Shown here one piece after another: positions 55,727-64,000 of a stretch of 64,000 nucleotides of DNA; positions within the stretch are counted from its first letter, which is position 1; each line of letters opens with the position of its first letter. The notes under the pieces were generated by a model. That model had not been told where the DNA came from, searched no databases, and saw nothing but the letters and a program-made list of their open reading frames with translations. This DNA is from Candidatus Methylomirabilia bacterium (GTDB taxonomy: Bacteria > Methylomirabilota > Methylomirabilia > Rokubacteriales > CSP1-6): NCBI GenBank assembly GCA_046758965.1, contig JBHIBG010000007.1, forward strand, positions 1 to 64,000, in the 5' to 3' direction. The translations under genes were made by a program, and so were the position numbers.

Positions 55727-56398
55727 TCACTCCAGGGCCATCCACAGCTCGTCGAAGCTTTTCACGAGGAGATCGGGCTTTACCCCCATGGGGTCGAGCG
55801 GCGCTCCAGCCCGGTTCAGCCAGCAAACCTTCAAGCCGAAGGTCTTCGCTCCCACCACGTCGAAGCCGTTGGAGGAGACGAAGAGGATCTGCTGCTTTGG
55901 GAGCCTCATCTGTTTCGGCGCAAGCTGATAGACCTTGGGCGATGGCTTGAAGATCTTGACGGCGTCTGCGCTGATCACCCAGCGGAAGTAGCGGCGGAGT
56001 CCGGTGGTCTCCAACCCGACCCGAAGCATCTTGGGGCTGCCGTTGGAGACAACAGCGAGTGCGTACCGCTCCTGGAGCCGGGGCAGGGCTGAGGCCACCT
56101 CGGGGTAGGGGGTTGGGCGAAGCCAGGCCTCCATGAGCTCTCGCCGCTGCTCCGGGCTCACGGCGAGTCCGAACCGCTGGATCGCAAACTCCAAGGCCTG
56201 CTCTGACACCTTCCAGAAGTCCTGGTATTTCCCCATCAGGCTCCTGAGGAAGGTGTACTCCAGCTGCTTGGCCCGCCACTGCATATTGAACGCGACCGGA
56301 TCGGGAGCCACTTCCTTGCACGCTTCTGCCACCGCCCCGACGTCAACCACCGTGCCGTACATGTCGAAGGCAATCCCTTTGATCCGAAGTTTCGCCAT
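55727..56398 (-). CDS. Haloacid dehalogenase, type II
   Basis: FDMYGT, WRAKQLEY, SNGS, FKPSP.VY, FVSSNGFDV.GA. Confidence 0.9.
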   Translation of the reverse strand: MAKLRIKGIAFDMYGTVVDVGAVAEACKEVAPDPVAFNMQWRAKQLEYTFLRSLMGKYQDFWKVSEQALEFAIQRFGLAVSPEQRRELMEAWLRPTPYPEVASALPRLQERYALAVVSNGSPKMLRVGLETTGLRRYFRWVISADAVKIFKPSPKVYQLAPKQMRLPKQQILFVSSNGFDVVGAKTFGLKVCWLNRAGAPLDPMGVKPDLLVKSFDELWMALE

Positions 56399-56429
56399 CA
56401 GCCCTTCCTCCTCTCCGATTTGGGTTCTG

Positions 56430-57194
56430 CTAGGCGAACCCTGCGCCCATCCCGCCATCCACCGGGAGAGCGATCCCGGTCACCCAGCGCGCCTCGTCAC
56501 TGGCCAGGTACACCGCGGCGTAGGCCACGTCGTCCGGGTCGCCGAGGAACCCGAGCGGGTGGCGCTTCACCACCGTGTTGTACTCTCCCGCCCGCTTGAG
56601 TGCCGCCAGGTACTCCCGGTTGATCTCGGTCTCCACGAAGGCCGGGCAGATGGCATTGATGCGCACCCCGTGCCGGGCGTACTCGATCGCCATTCCGCGA
56701 GTCAGGATCACCACCCCGCCCTTGGTCGCTCCATACGCCACGAGGTTGGGAGTGCCCTTGAGCCCTGCCATTGACGCGATGTTGATGATGTTGCCTTTCG
56801 ATTTCATCAGCTCGGGAAGGGCATACTTCGAGCAGAGGAAGACGCTCGTGAGGTTCCCCTCGATCATCTTCTGCCAATCTTCCTCGGCGCACTGCTGCGC
56901 CGGGGTGCGGGAGGTAATGACTCCGGCGTTGTTCACGAGCAGATCGAGCTGACCGAAGCGATCCACAGCCTGCCGGATCAGGCGCTTGATGTCGGCAACC
57001 TTGGTCACGTCAGCGGCAACGGCAAGCGCGCCCCCTCCGGCAGCTTCGATCTCCTTGGCAACGGCCTCGATCGGCCCCGGGCGGCGGCCGTTCACCACCA
57101 CGCTGGCGCCTTCCCGTCCGAACATGAGGGCGATGGCGCGGCCGAGCCCGGTACCGCTGCCCGTCACGACGGCAATCTTGTTTTTCAATCGCAT
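56430..57194 (-). CDS. SDR family oxidoreductase
   Basis: TGSGTGLG, VNNAG, YGATK, INAICP, VDGG. Confidence 0.94.
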   Translation of the reverse strand: MRLKNKIAVVTGSGTGLGRAIALMFGREGASVVVNGRRPGPIEAVAKEIEAAGGGALAVAADVTKVADIKRLIRQAVDRFGQLDLLVNNAGVITSRTPAQQCAEEDWQKMIEGNLTSVFLCSKYALPELMKSKGNIINIASMAGLKGTPNLVAYGATKGGVVILTRGMAIEYARHGVRINAICPAFVETEINREYLAALKRAGEYNTVVKRHPLGFLGDPDDVAYAAVYLASDEARWVTGIALPVDGGMGAGFA

Positions 57195-57367
57195 GCCGGC
57201 TCTCTCATGCTTGCCATCCCTTTCTTCTGCTGTTCGCGCTTTGGCGCGGGTGGTCTCTCCCCCGCGAGTAGCTCCTGGCAATTATAAGTCAGAACGCACG
57301 GAGTGGGATAGGGCTGGCAAGGTTTCGGTCGCACGCGCCCGGCCTCCAGCCGGCCCAAGCCCTATTC

Positions 57368-57396
57368 TTGACAGAATGTACCCCATCGCGTAGGAT
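57368..57396 (+). promoter_or_regulatory. Sigma70-type promoter, leaderless geometry
   Basis: TTGACA-17 nt-TAGGAT, 8 nt before ATG 57405. Confidence 0.65.
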
Positions 57397-57404
57397 GCGG
57401 CCCC

Positions 57405-57581
57405 ATGAAATTCCGCCTGCTCATGCTTCCTACCGTGGGCCAGCCCCACGAACTCACCCAGGGCATGGCGGGCCAGCGCGACGACCTCTTTATCTGGCTG
57501 AACCAGGGCCTCTCGCCTCACGGGCGGGTTCTGGAGAACCTGGAGTTGTTCGCCTCGAAGGTGATCCCCCGCTTCAAGTAG
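57405..57581 (+). pseudogene. Internally deleted LLM-class monooxygenase remnant (58 aa)
   Basis: MKFRLLMLPTVG... LLM-like N-terminus joined in frame to an LLM-like C-terminus (..PHGRVLENLELFASKVIPRFK). Confidence 0.65.
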
Positions 57582-57857
57582 AGGACTCAGGCTGGTCAGG
57601 GTCTCCCGGGCCGCCGTGGTCGCACGGAGAAGTTTGCGCTGGCAGCTGATTTCGCCGATGATAGCTGAAGGGCCTTGGATCGCCCGACTTCCGGAGATCC
57701 GAGCCAGTACCGGGTGCGCCGAGAACCGAGCAGCCCTAGGATGGAGAAGATGCTGGCGACCCGTTCTCTCTCGAAGGCCGGCCTCCCGCTCGTCGCCGAA
57801 TCGGTCGTCCTGCGGGACGGCTCCGTGGCGCTCCGGCGGCTGGTCGAGCGCTGCTGA

Positions 57858-58448
57858 GTGGAACGGGAACTTTCCTCACCCCGCGCTGTCCAACTCCGAG
57901 CGGGGAACCTTGACGACGTTGAGCTTCTGGACGCTCTGCGGCGGGGAGAGCCGGAGGCCTTCGAGGCGCTCGTGGTGACCTACCAGCACCGGATCTTCAG
58001 CATCGCGCTCCGGATGGTCCGCGATCGGGGAGAGGCTGAGGAGATCGCCCAGGAGGTTTTCCTCCGCGTTCACCGCTCGATCCGGGAGTTCCGCGGTGAA
58101 GCGAAGATTTCCACCTGGCTGTACGCGATCACCTCCCGTCTCTGCCTGAACCAGCTGAAATCTGCCGGGCGCCAGCGCCGGGCCGGGGGGGCCGCGCTCG
58201 AGCAGATCGCCGACGGCCACCCCGATGCTAGCGCGACCCTGGAGGCGTCCGAGCTGCGGGCGGCGCTCTATCGCGCCATCGCGGAACTGGACGATGAGCG
58301 GCGGATCGTCGTGGTGCTGCGGGATCTCCAGGGCCTTGCCTACGAGGAGATCGCGGCCGCCCTCGACCTGGAGCTGGGCACCGTACGCTCTCGCCTTCAC
58401 CGAGCCCGCATGGAGCTGAAGGAGCGCCTGGAGCGGCACTTTCGATGA
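57858..58448 (+). CDS. ECF RNA polymerase sigma factor (RpoE/SigW-like)
   Basis: AEEIAQEVFLR, FRGEAKISTWLYAI, LRDLQGLAYEEIA, GTVRSRLHRAR. Confidence 0.94.
   Translation: MERELSSPRAVQLRAGNLDDVELLDALRRGEPEAFEALVVTYQHRIFSIALRMVRDRGEAEEIAQEVFLRVHRSIREFRGEAKISTWLYAITSRLCLNQLKSAGRQRRAGGAALEQIADGHPDASATLEASELRAALYRAIAELDDERRIVVVLRDLQGLAYEEIAAALDLELGTVRSRLHRARMELKERLERHFR
57866..57893 (+). promoter_or_regulatory. ECF (sigmaE-type) promoter motif 1
   Basis: GGAACTT-15 nt-GTCCAA. Confidence 0.6.
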
Positions 58449-59308
58449 ACTGTTCCGAGGCCCGCGGGCTCTTCTCTGCCAGGGCGGATGAGCTGCTCAC
58501 GCCGGAGCAGGACGTTCTCCTGGACCGCCACCTCGAGAGATGCGTGGAGTGCCCGCGGGAGTGGGAGCGCTTCCGCCAGACCCTGGCCGTGCTCCACTCG
58601 CTGGAGGAGGTGCAGGCGCCGGGAGGCTTTTCCCGGCGAGTGATCGAGGCGGCGGTCCAGGGCCCGTGGCACCGGCGCCTGTTCCGGCGCATCTTCCTCC
58701 CGCTTTACGTCAAGCTCCCCCTCGAGGCCGCCGCGCTGGTCCTCGTCTCGACGCTTGTGATCGTGCTCTTTCGCCAGACGCCTGAGATCCAGCGCGTCGT
58801 CGAGGCGCCTCCAGCTCGGGAGCTGATGGAGCCCGCGCCGCCGGCTCAACCAAAGGCGGCTGAGCTCAAGCAGCGCCGCGCCTTCGACATCGTCAGAAAG
58901 AAGGAGCGGCCAGAGGAGGATGAGGGAGTCGCGCCGGCTGAGGCCGAGTCCAGAGGCGGCCGTTTGGAGATCGCCGGCGAGGCTCGCAAGTCCGCTGCGG
59001 CTCCTCCCGAGGCTCAGCGAGCGCCCCGGGCTCGGGCCCCGCTGCACGTCGTCGGGCGGCTGCGGGCCAAAGATTCAGAAGCCGTCGATCGCCAGATCAA
59101 CACTCTCTTGAAGCGGGTCGGCGGCGTTGTTCGTCGCGATGTCATGGGTGGCGATGTCGAGTCAGGACGGACGATCATCGTGGTGGTTCCCCGGGAGGAC
59201 TACCCCGGGCTTGCGGCTGGACTCAGCCAGATCGGCGACTTCACCGTCGAGAAGGAACCCCGGATTCTCCCCGACCCGGTCCACGTGACGATTCAGATCG
59301 CGGATTGA
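58445..59308 (+). CDS. Zinc-finger (ZAS, zf-HC2) transmembrane anti-sigma factor
   Basis: MNC...HLERCVEC (HxxxCxxC); single TM; ATGA overlap with the sigma gene. Confidence 0.9.
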   Translation: MNCSEARGLFSARADELLTPEQDVLLDRHLERCVECPREWERFRQTLAVLHSLEEVQAPGGFSRRVIEAAVQGPWHRRLFRRIFLPLYVKLPLEAAALVLVSTLVIVLFRQTPEIQRVVEAPPARELMEPAPPAQPKAAELKQRRAFDIVRKKERPEEDEGVAPAEAESRGGRLEIAGEARKSAAAPPEAQRAPRARAPLHVVGRLRAKDSEAVDRQINTLLKRVGGVVRRDVMGGDVESGRTIIVVVPREDYPGLAAGLSQIGDFTVEKEPRILPDPVHVTIQIAD

Positions 59309-59325
59309 CCTCCCATCACAGCCCA

Positions 59326-59353
59326 GGAACTTTCGCTCCTCCGCCCTGTCTAA
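59326..59353 (+). promoter_or_regulatory. ECF (sigmaE-type) promoter motif 2
   Basis: GGAACTT-15 nt-GTCTAA upstream of the DUF4139 gene. Confidence 0.7.
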
Positions 59354-59392
59354 CCAGGCAGACCGAGTCATCCCACCAAGGAGGAGCGAACG

Positions 59393-60811
59393 ATGCGTAC
59401 CGTGTGGGTTTCCCTTGCCCTTATCGTGAGCCTGGCTGCTACGGGCACAGCCTGGGCGCGCCCCGCCTCCGGGCGCCAGGCGATCACGCAGCAGGATCAG
59501 CGCGACGTGGCGGTGACAATCTACAACGGCAACTTCGGCCTCGTGAAAGACATTCGCGAGGTGCGCCTCGCGGTGGGGAGCGGCCTTGTCCAATTCATGG
59601 ACGTTGCCGCGCGGATCGATCCCACCACGGTGCACCTGAAGTCCCTGACTGACCCGGCCGGGCTGAAGATCCTGGAGCAGAACTACGAGTATGATTTGCT
59701 CTCCCGCCAGAAGCTCCTGGAGAAGTATCTGGGGCGGACGGTGCGGCTCTACCAGGGGAACGGCTCGTACCTGGAGGGCACGCTGCTCTCCACCAACGGC
59801 CCTATCTACGAGATCAATGGCCAGATCCACATGGGCCACGCCGGGAGAGTGGTGCTTCCCTCGTTGCCGGAGAACCTGGTGTCCAAACCGACCCTCGTCT
59901 GGCTACTCCGGAACCAGAAGGCTGCGCCCCAGCGGATCGAGGCCTCCTACCTGGCCGGCGGGATCACGTGGAAGGCGGACTACGTGATGGTCCTGAACCC
60001 TGCCGATGACCGGGCCGACCTCTCGGGCTGGGTGACGATCGATAACAAGAGCGGCGCCACCTACCGGAAGGCGACGCTGAAGCTCGTGGCGGGGGACGTC
60101 CACCGAGCGCCGGACCGCGTTGCGGTCCGTCGGATGCTGGAGATGGCGGCCAAGGCCAGGGCGAGCGAGCCGAGCCATGATTTCGCCTCCGAGGGGTTCT
60201 TCGAGTACCACCTCTACACCCTCGACGGCCGCACCACGATCAAGGACAACCAGACCAAGCAACTCGCCCTCATGGCGGCCAACGGCGTGCCGGTCACCAA
60301 GCAGTTCATCTATTACGGGGCGCAGGACTACTACCGGAACCGCTACGGCGTTCCGATCTCCAACCAGAAGGTAAGCGTCTTTATCGAGATTCCCAACAGC
60401 GAGGCCAACGGCCTGGGCATCCCCCTCCCCAAGGGAAAGGTGCGCGTGTACAAGGCCGATCGCTCAGGCAGCCAGCAGTTCATCGGCGAGGACTGGATCG
60501 ACCATACGCCTAAGGACGAGCGCGTGAAGATCAAGATGGGGGAAGCCTTCGACGTGGTGGGCGAGCGGACTCAGAAGGACTGGAGGAAGATCGGGTGGGG
60601 CATGTACGAGGTGGAGTGGGAGATCTCACTCCGGAACCATAAGGAGGAGGACGTGACCGTGACCGTCATCGAGCCGATGCCTGGAGACTGGGAGGTCCTC
60701 CGCTCCACCCACCCTCACGAGAAGATCGAGGCGCACACGCTCCGCTTCCGTATTCCCGTCCCGAAGGACGGGGGCACGAAGCTCACCTACCGGGTGCGTC
60801 TCCGGTTCTAG
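59393..60811 (+). CDS. DUF4139 domain exported protein
   Basis: Signal peptide, VTIYN..FGLV, EQNYEYDL, KPTL.W, W.ADY, EYHLY, LG.PLPKG.VRVY, IDHTPKDE. AAGGAGG RBS. Confidence 0.9.
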   Translation: MRTVWVSLALIVSLAATGTAWARPASGRQAITQQDQRDVAVTIYNGNFGLVKDIREVRLAVGSGLVQFMDVAARIDPTTVHLKSLTDPAGLKILEQNYEYDLLSRQKLLEKYLGRTVRLYQGNGSYLEGTLLSTNGPIYEINGQIHMGHAGRVVLPSLPENLVSKPTLVWLLRNQKAAPQRIEASYLAGGITWKADYVMVLNPADDRADLSGWVTIDNKSGATYRKATLKLVAGDVHRAPDRVAVRRMLEMAAKARASEPSHDFASEGFFEYHLYTLDGRTTIKDNQTKQLALMAANGVPVTKQFIYYGAQDYYRNRYGVPISNQKVSVFIEIPNSEANGLGIPLPKGKVRVYKADRSGSQQFIGEDWIDHTPKDERVKIKMGEAFDVVGERTQKDWRKIGWGMYEVEWEISLRNHKEEDVTVTVIEPMPGDWEVLRSTHPHEKIEAHTLRFRIPVPKDGGTKLTYRVRLRF

Positions 60812-60825
60812 CCATCGACTGCTCC

Positions 60826-60915
60826 TCCCCCTCACCGATATCCTCTCCTCCATTGGGGGAGAGGGGAAGGTGAGAGTGATAGGTGGCCTCGAGTGGGGGA
60901 GGGGCGAGTGAGGCG
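60826..60915. repeat. REP-like palindrome / probable terminator between convergent genes
   Basis: CTCACC...CCTCTCC.CC-ATT-GGGGGAGAGG...GGTGAG inverted repeat; weaker relatives near 45213-45250 and 51810-51860. Confidence 0.55.
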
Positions 60916-60951
60916 GACCGCGGTCGATCCCCCACCTTCTTGTGAGCCGGG

Positions 60952-62151
60952 TCAGGCGACAACGCGCTTGTCTCGCAGCGCCTTGATCTCCTGAGGCGCC
61001 AGGTTCAGACCCCGGAGCACGTCGTCGGTGTGCTCGCCCGGGTAGGGGGCGGCCCGACGGACCGAGCCGGGCGTCTCCGAGAGTTTGATGGCGATGCCGA
61101 ACTGCTTCACCTTCCCGACCTCGGGGTGCTCGGTTTCCACCACCATCTGGCGGTGCTGGACCTGCGGATCCTCGACGACCTCCTCGACGTCGTACACCTT
61201 CCCTACGCAGACGTCGTGCTTCGCCAGGAACTCGTACCACTCCTCGCGGGTCCTGGTCCGGATAATCGCCTGGATCTCCTCGCGCGCCCGCACCTCCTCG
61301 GCGTTGGCGGCGCGGACGAACTGGTCGGCTTTCCGGGCGTACTTGGCGAGGTCGGGACGGTTGATCACCCTGCAGAAATTCTCCCAGAGCCACGGCTCGG
61401 TGCAGCCGATAGTGAGCAGCTTTCCATCGCGAGTCTCGTAGACGGCGTAGTAGGGGTAGGAGCCGCCGAGAAAGCCCCCGCCGCGCCGCGGGGCGAGGCC
61501 GTCGCTGAAGAACGCGCGAAGGTTCGGGGTCGCGGCGAGGAGGGAGAGGGTCGTGTCCAGGTAGGCGATGTCCACGTGCTGTCCCTTGCCGGTGCGCTCG
61601 CGAGCGTAGAGCGCCAGGACGATGCCCAAGGCGCCGTGGAGGCTCGCCCCGCCGTAGTCAGCGACGATGTTGAGGGGGATCGCGGGCTTCCGGTCGGGCT
61701 CGCCGATCAGGCCGAGGACGCCGGCCAGCGAGAGGTAGTTGATGTCGTGGGCCGGATAGCTCTTGTAGGGGCCGTCCTGGCCGAATCCGGAGAGCGAACA
61801 GTAGATGATCCGCGGGTTCGTCTTCCGGATCGTCTCGTAGCCGCCGCCGAGGCGGTTCATCACCCCGGGGCGGAACCCCTCGACGATCACGTCCGCCGCG
61901 GCGGCAAGGGTGTGGAAGATGTCCTGGCCTTCGGGGGCCTTGAGGTTTAGGGCGATCGAGCGCTTGTTCCGGTTGACAAAGGCGTGGGCGGCGCGACGTT
62001 TCTCGTCCTGAGGCTCCGGCTCCCGGTCAGAGGGCGGGGTCTCGATCTTCAGGACCTCTGCCCCCATGTCGGCCAACATCATGGTGCAAAACTCGCCCGG
62101 CGCTACACGCGCCAGCTCCAGGATCTTGATGCCGGCTAAGACTCCCGCCAT
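60952..62151 (-). CDS. CaiB/BaiF CoA-transferase / alpha-methylacyl-CoA racemase-like
   Basis: LAGIKILEL, LADMGAEVLKIE, NRNKRSI, EGFRPGV, HDINY; VADYGG retains the Asp. Confidence 0.94.
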   Translation of the reverse strand: MAGVLAGIKILELARVAPGEFCTMMLADMGAEVLKIETPPSDREPEPQDEKRRAAHAFVNRNKRSIALNLKAPEGQDIFHTLAAAADVIVEGFRPGVMNRLGGGYETIRKTNPRIIYCSLSGFGQDGPYKSYPAHDINYLSLAGVLGLIGEPDRKPAIPLNIVADYGGASLHGALGIVLALYARERTGKGQHVDIAYLDTTLSLLAATPNLRAFFSDGLAPRRGGGFLGGSYPYYAVYETRDGKLLTIGCTEPWLWENFCRVINRPDLAKYARKADQFVRAANAEEVRAREEIQAIIRTRTREEWYEFLAKHDVCVGKVYDVEEVVEDPQVQHRQMVVETEHPEVGKVKQFGIAIKLSETPGSVRRAAPYPGEHTDDVLRGLNLAPQEIKALRDKRVVA

Positions 62152-62205
62152 GAGAGACTCCTTCGGGTTGAGGGTTCGCTGGCCCGTTGAACTGACGCTC
62201 CGTCC

Positions 62206-62961
62206 TCATCTGTAGCAGTCGGGGGGCTGCCTCACGGACGGCCAGAAGGCCGGGTCGTGGCCGGGGAAGATCTGGCCCTTCACGAGGCGCGCGAGCGTCT
62301 TGAGCCGCTTGATCGAGTGGAGGGCCTGGGTCGGGTTCCAGACCACGCCCGGGACGCGCTCCAGGTCGATATGCTCCTGCCAGTAGCAGCAGTCCCCTGC
62401 CAGGATAATCGGGCCGGACTCGGGGAGCTCCACCAGGAGCGACTGGTGCCCCGGCGTGTGACCGTCGCTCCGGAGCACCGTCACCCCGGGAACCAGCTCC
62501 AGGTCACCTTCGATGAGCCTCCAGTGGTAGCCAGGGAGGTCGAAGTTTTTCCGGTAGTACATGGAGGCGAAAAATGCGGCCGGGTGGTGGGCGTACGCGT
62601 ACTCGTCCTGCTGCACGATCAGCTGAGAGCGGGGAAAGAGCGCGGCGCCCCCGGCGTGGTCGAAGTGCAGATGCGAGATCACCACCAGATCCACCGAGTC
62701 GGGATTGAGCCCGACGGACTCCAGGCGCCTGACGAGGAGATCAGCGTCGGTGAAGCGGGCCAGGGGATCGTCGCGGAGAAGGCCGGGCACCGCACGAGGG
62801 GCGAAGCCTGTGTCGAAGAGAATGGTGGCATCCGAAGTCCTGGCCAGGTAGCAGGCCACAGGGATCTGCACGCGCTCGCCTGAGCGCTCCCCGTAAAAGA
62901 GGCCGCTCCGCTCGAAGCCGATAAACCCGTTCTGGAGCGCGTAGAGGCCCTTGACCGGCAC
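62206..62961 (-). CDS. N-acyl homoserine lactonase family metallo-beta-lactamase
   Basis: FDTG, SHLHFDHAG (HxHxDH), GHTPGHQS, LAGD, PGHD. Start GTG 62961 or ATG 62970. Confidence 0.9.
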   Translation of the reverse strand: MPVKGLYALQNGFIGFERSGLFYGERSGERVQIPVACYLARTSDATILFDTGFAPRAVPGLLRDDPLARFTDADLLVRRLESVGLNPDSVDLVVISHLHFDHAGGAALFPRSQLIVQQDEYAYAHHPAAFFASMYYRKNFDLPGYHWRLIEGDLELVPGVTVLRSDGHTPGHQSLLVELPESGPIILAGDCCYWQEHIDLERVPGVVWNPTQALHSIKRLKTLARLVKGQIFPGHDPAFWPSVRQPPDCYR

Positions 62962-63086
62962 GAGGCGCATTATGGCACAGCAGGGCCCCGTATCCAACCT
63001 CGGGTTGATTCCTGCCGGAGCGTGGCAGAATTGTTCAGCTCCGGGTATACTAGGGCGACCAGCACTCTGTTCACCGGAGGAGCGCC

Positions 63087-64000
63087 GTGGACTTCGCCTT
63101 CACTGAGCAGCAGGAGATGATCCGAAAGGAGGTGTCGGCCCTCGCCCGCTCCTTCTCCTGGGACTACTGGCTGGAGAAGGACCGGAAAGCCGAATACCCG
63201 AAGGAGTTCATCGACGCCTTTGCCCGGAACGGCTGGCTCGGGATCAGCATTCCCGAGGAGTACGGCGGATCGGGGCTCGGCGTCACCGAGGCCTCGATCC
63301 TGCTCCACGAAATCTGCGCCTCGGGGGCGGGGACCACCGGCGCCTCCCCGATCCATTTCTATGTCTTTCCCCCGATGCCGCTGATCAAGCACGGGAGTGA
63401 GGCGCTCAAGCGAAGGACGCTTCCCAAGATCGCCACGGGCGAGACCGTCATGTCCTTCGGCGTCACCGAACCTAACGCCGGCTCTGACACCTCGCGGATC
63501 CAGACCCGCGCTGAGAAACGGGGCGATCGGTGGGTCATCAACGGACGCAAGGTCTGGAACACCAACGCTCAGCGCGCCACCAAGATCCTGCTCCTGGCCC
63601 GCACCACGCCTCGGGAGCAAACCGGGAATAGACCGTTCAAGGGGATGACGCTCTTCTTCGCCGATTTCGACCGCTCCCGCATCACGGTGCGGGAGATCGA
63701 GAAGCTGGGGCGGGCTGCCGTGGATTCCAACGAGCTGTTCATCGAAGAGTTGGAGGTGCCGGACGACGAGGTGGTGGGCCAGGTCGGTGAAGGATTCTAT
63801 CACCTGCTCGACTCGCTGAATCCCGAGCGGATCCTCACAGCCATCGAGGCCGTGGGAATCGGCAGAGCTGCCCTGGACCGGGCGGTCCAGTACGGCAAGG
63901 AGCGGATCGTCTTCGATCGGCCGATCGGGAAGAACCAGGCCATCGCTCATCCCCTGGCTCAGGCTTGGGCGAAGCTGGAAACGGCTGAGCTGATCTGCTG
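63087..64000 (+). CDS. Acyl-CoA dehydrogenase (5' part, runs off the window; not in ORF track)
   Basis: GTG 63087 after GGAGG; MDFAFTEQQEMIR, IPEEYGGSGLG, FGVTEPNAGSD, INGRKVW, LNPERI, FDRPIGKNQAI. Confidence 0.94.
   Translation, partial: MDFAFTEQQEMIRKEVSALARSFSWDYWLEKDRKAEYPKEFIDAFARNGWLGISIPEEYGGSGLGVTEASILLHEICASGAGTTGASPIHFYVFPPMPLIKHGSEALKRRTLPKIATGETVMSFGVTEPNAGSDTSRIQTRAEKRGDRWVINGRKVWNTNAQRATKILLLARTTPREQTGNRPFKGMTLFFADFDRSRITVREIEKLGRAAVDSNELFIEELEVPDDEVVGQVGEGFYHLLDSLNPERILTAIEAVGIGRAALDRAVQYGKERIVFDRPIGKNQAIAHPLAQAWAKLETAELIC

Noticed and set aside
55727..56398. Haloacid dehalogenase as part of the selenoprotein/CoA-transferase system
   Set aside because: Opposite strand, in a separate SDR-HAD-pirin unit; proximity alone is insufficient.
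57675..57857. 60-aa ORF upstream of the ECF sigma
   Set aside because: No recognisable family; may be a remnant, but I cannot support a call.
62970..63950. 326-aa minus-strand ORF
   Set aside because: Shadow of the plus-strand acyl-CoA dehydrogenase that runs off the window.
1..64000. CRISPR arrays, tRNA/rRNA, IS elements, integrases, prophage or defence genes
   Set aside because: No regularly spaced repeats, cloverleaf-like sequences or transposase/integrase/phage motifs were seen by eye; tRNAscan, Rfam and CRISPR finders were not run.

Overview
High-GC (roughly 65-70% by eye) bacterial chromosomal window with dense coding and no rRNA, tRNA, CRISPR array, transposase or phage gene that I can recognise. 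Gene content and palindromic repeats suggest Candidatus Rokubacteria (Methylomirabilota); this is an inference. About 58 CDS are present, mostly catabolic/CoA-linked enzymes, transporters and housekeeping genes (citrate synthase, DapF-like epimerase, PolX-PHP, fused indolepyruvate:ferredoxin oxidoreductase, ECF sigma/anti-sigma). The most striking region is 40.3-55.0 kb. It holds a selenoprotein that the ORF track splits in two (44662-45204; in-frame UGA in a U-G-S-C motif followed by a SECIS-like hairpin) and a Cys-rich partner of unknown function. It also holds three alpha/beta pairs of family III CoA-transferases in which every beta subunit has Trp in place of the catalytic Asp (one pair is fused), a GH20-like hydrolase and a carboxylate TRAP transporter. 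Together these look like an uncharacterised selenium-dependent, CoA-thioester-linked catabolic system. Other points of note: a DapF with both catalytic Cys replaced by Ser; an M16 peptidase heterodimer split by an ABC exporter; a palindromic repeat apparently read in frame at a protein N-terminus; twin ECF promoters; deletion remnants (nitrile/thiocyanate hydratase beta, LLM monooxygenase); and many leaderless-type promoters.
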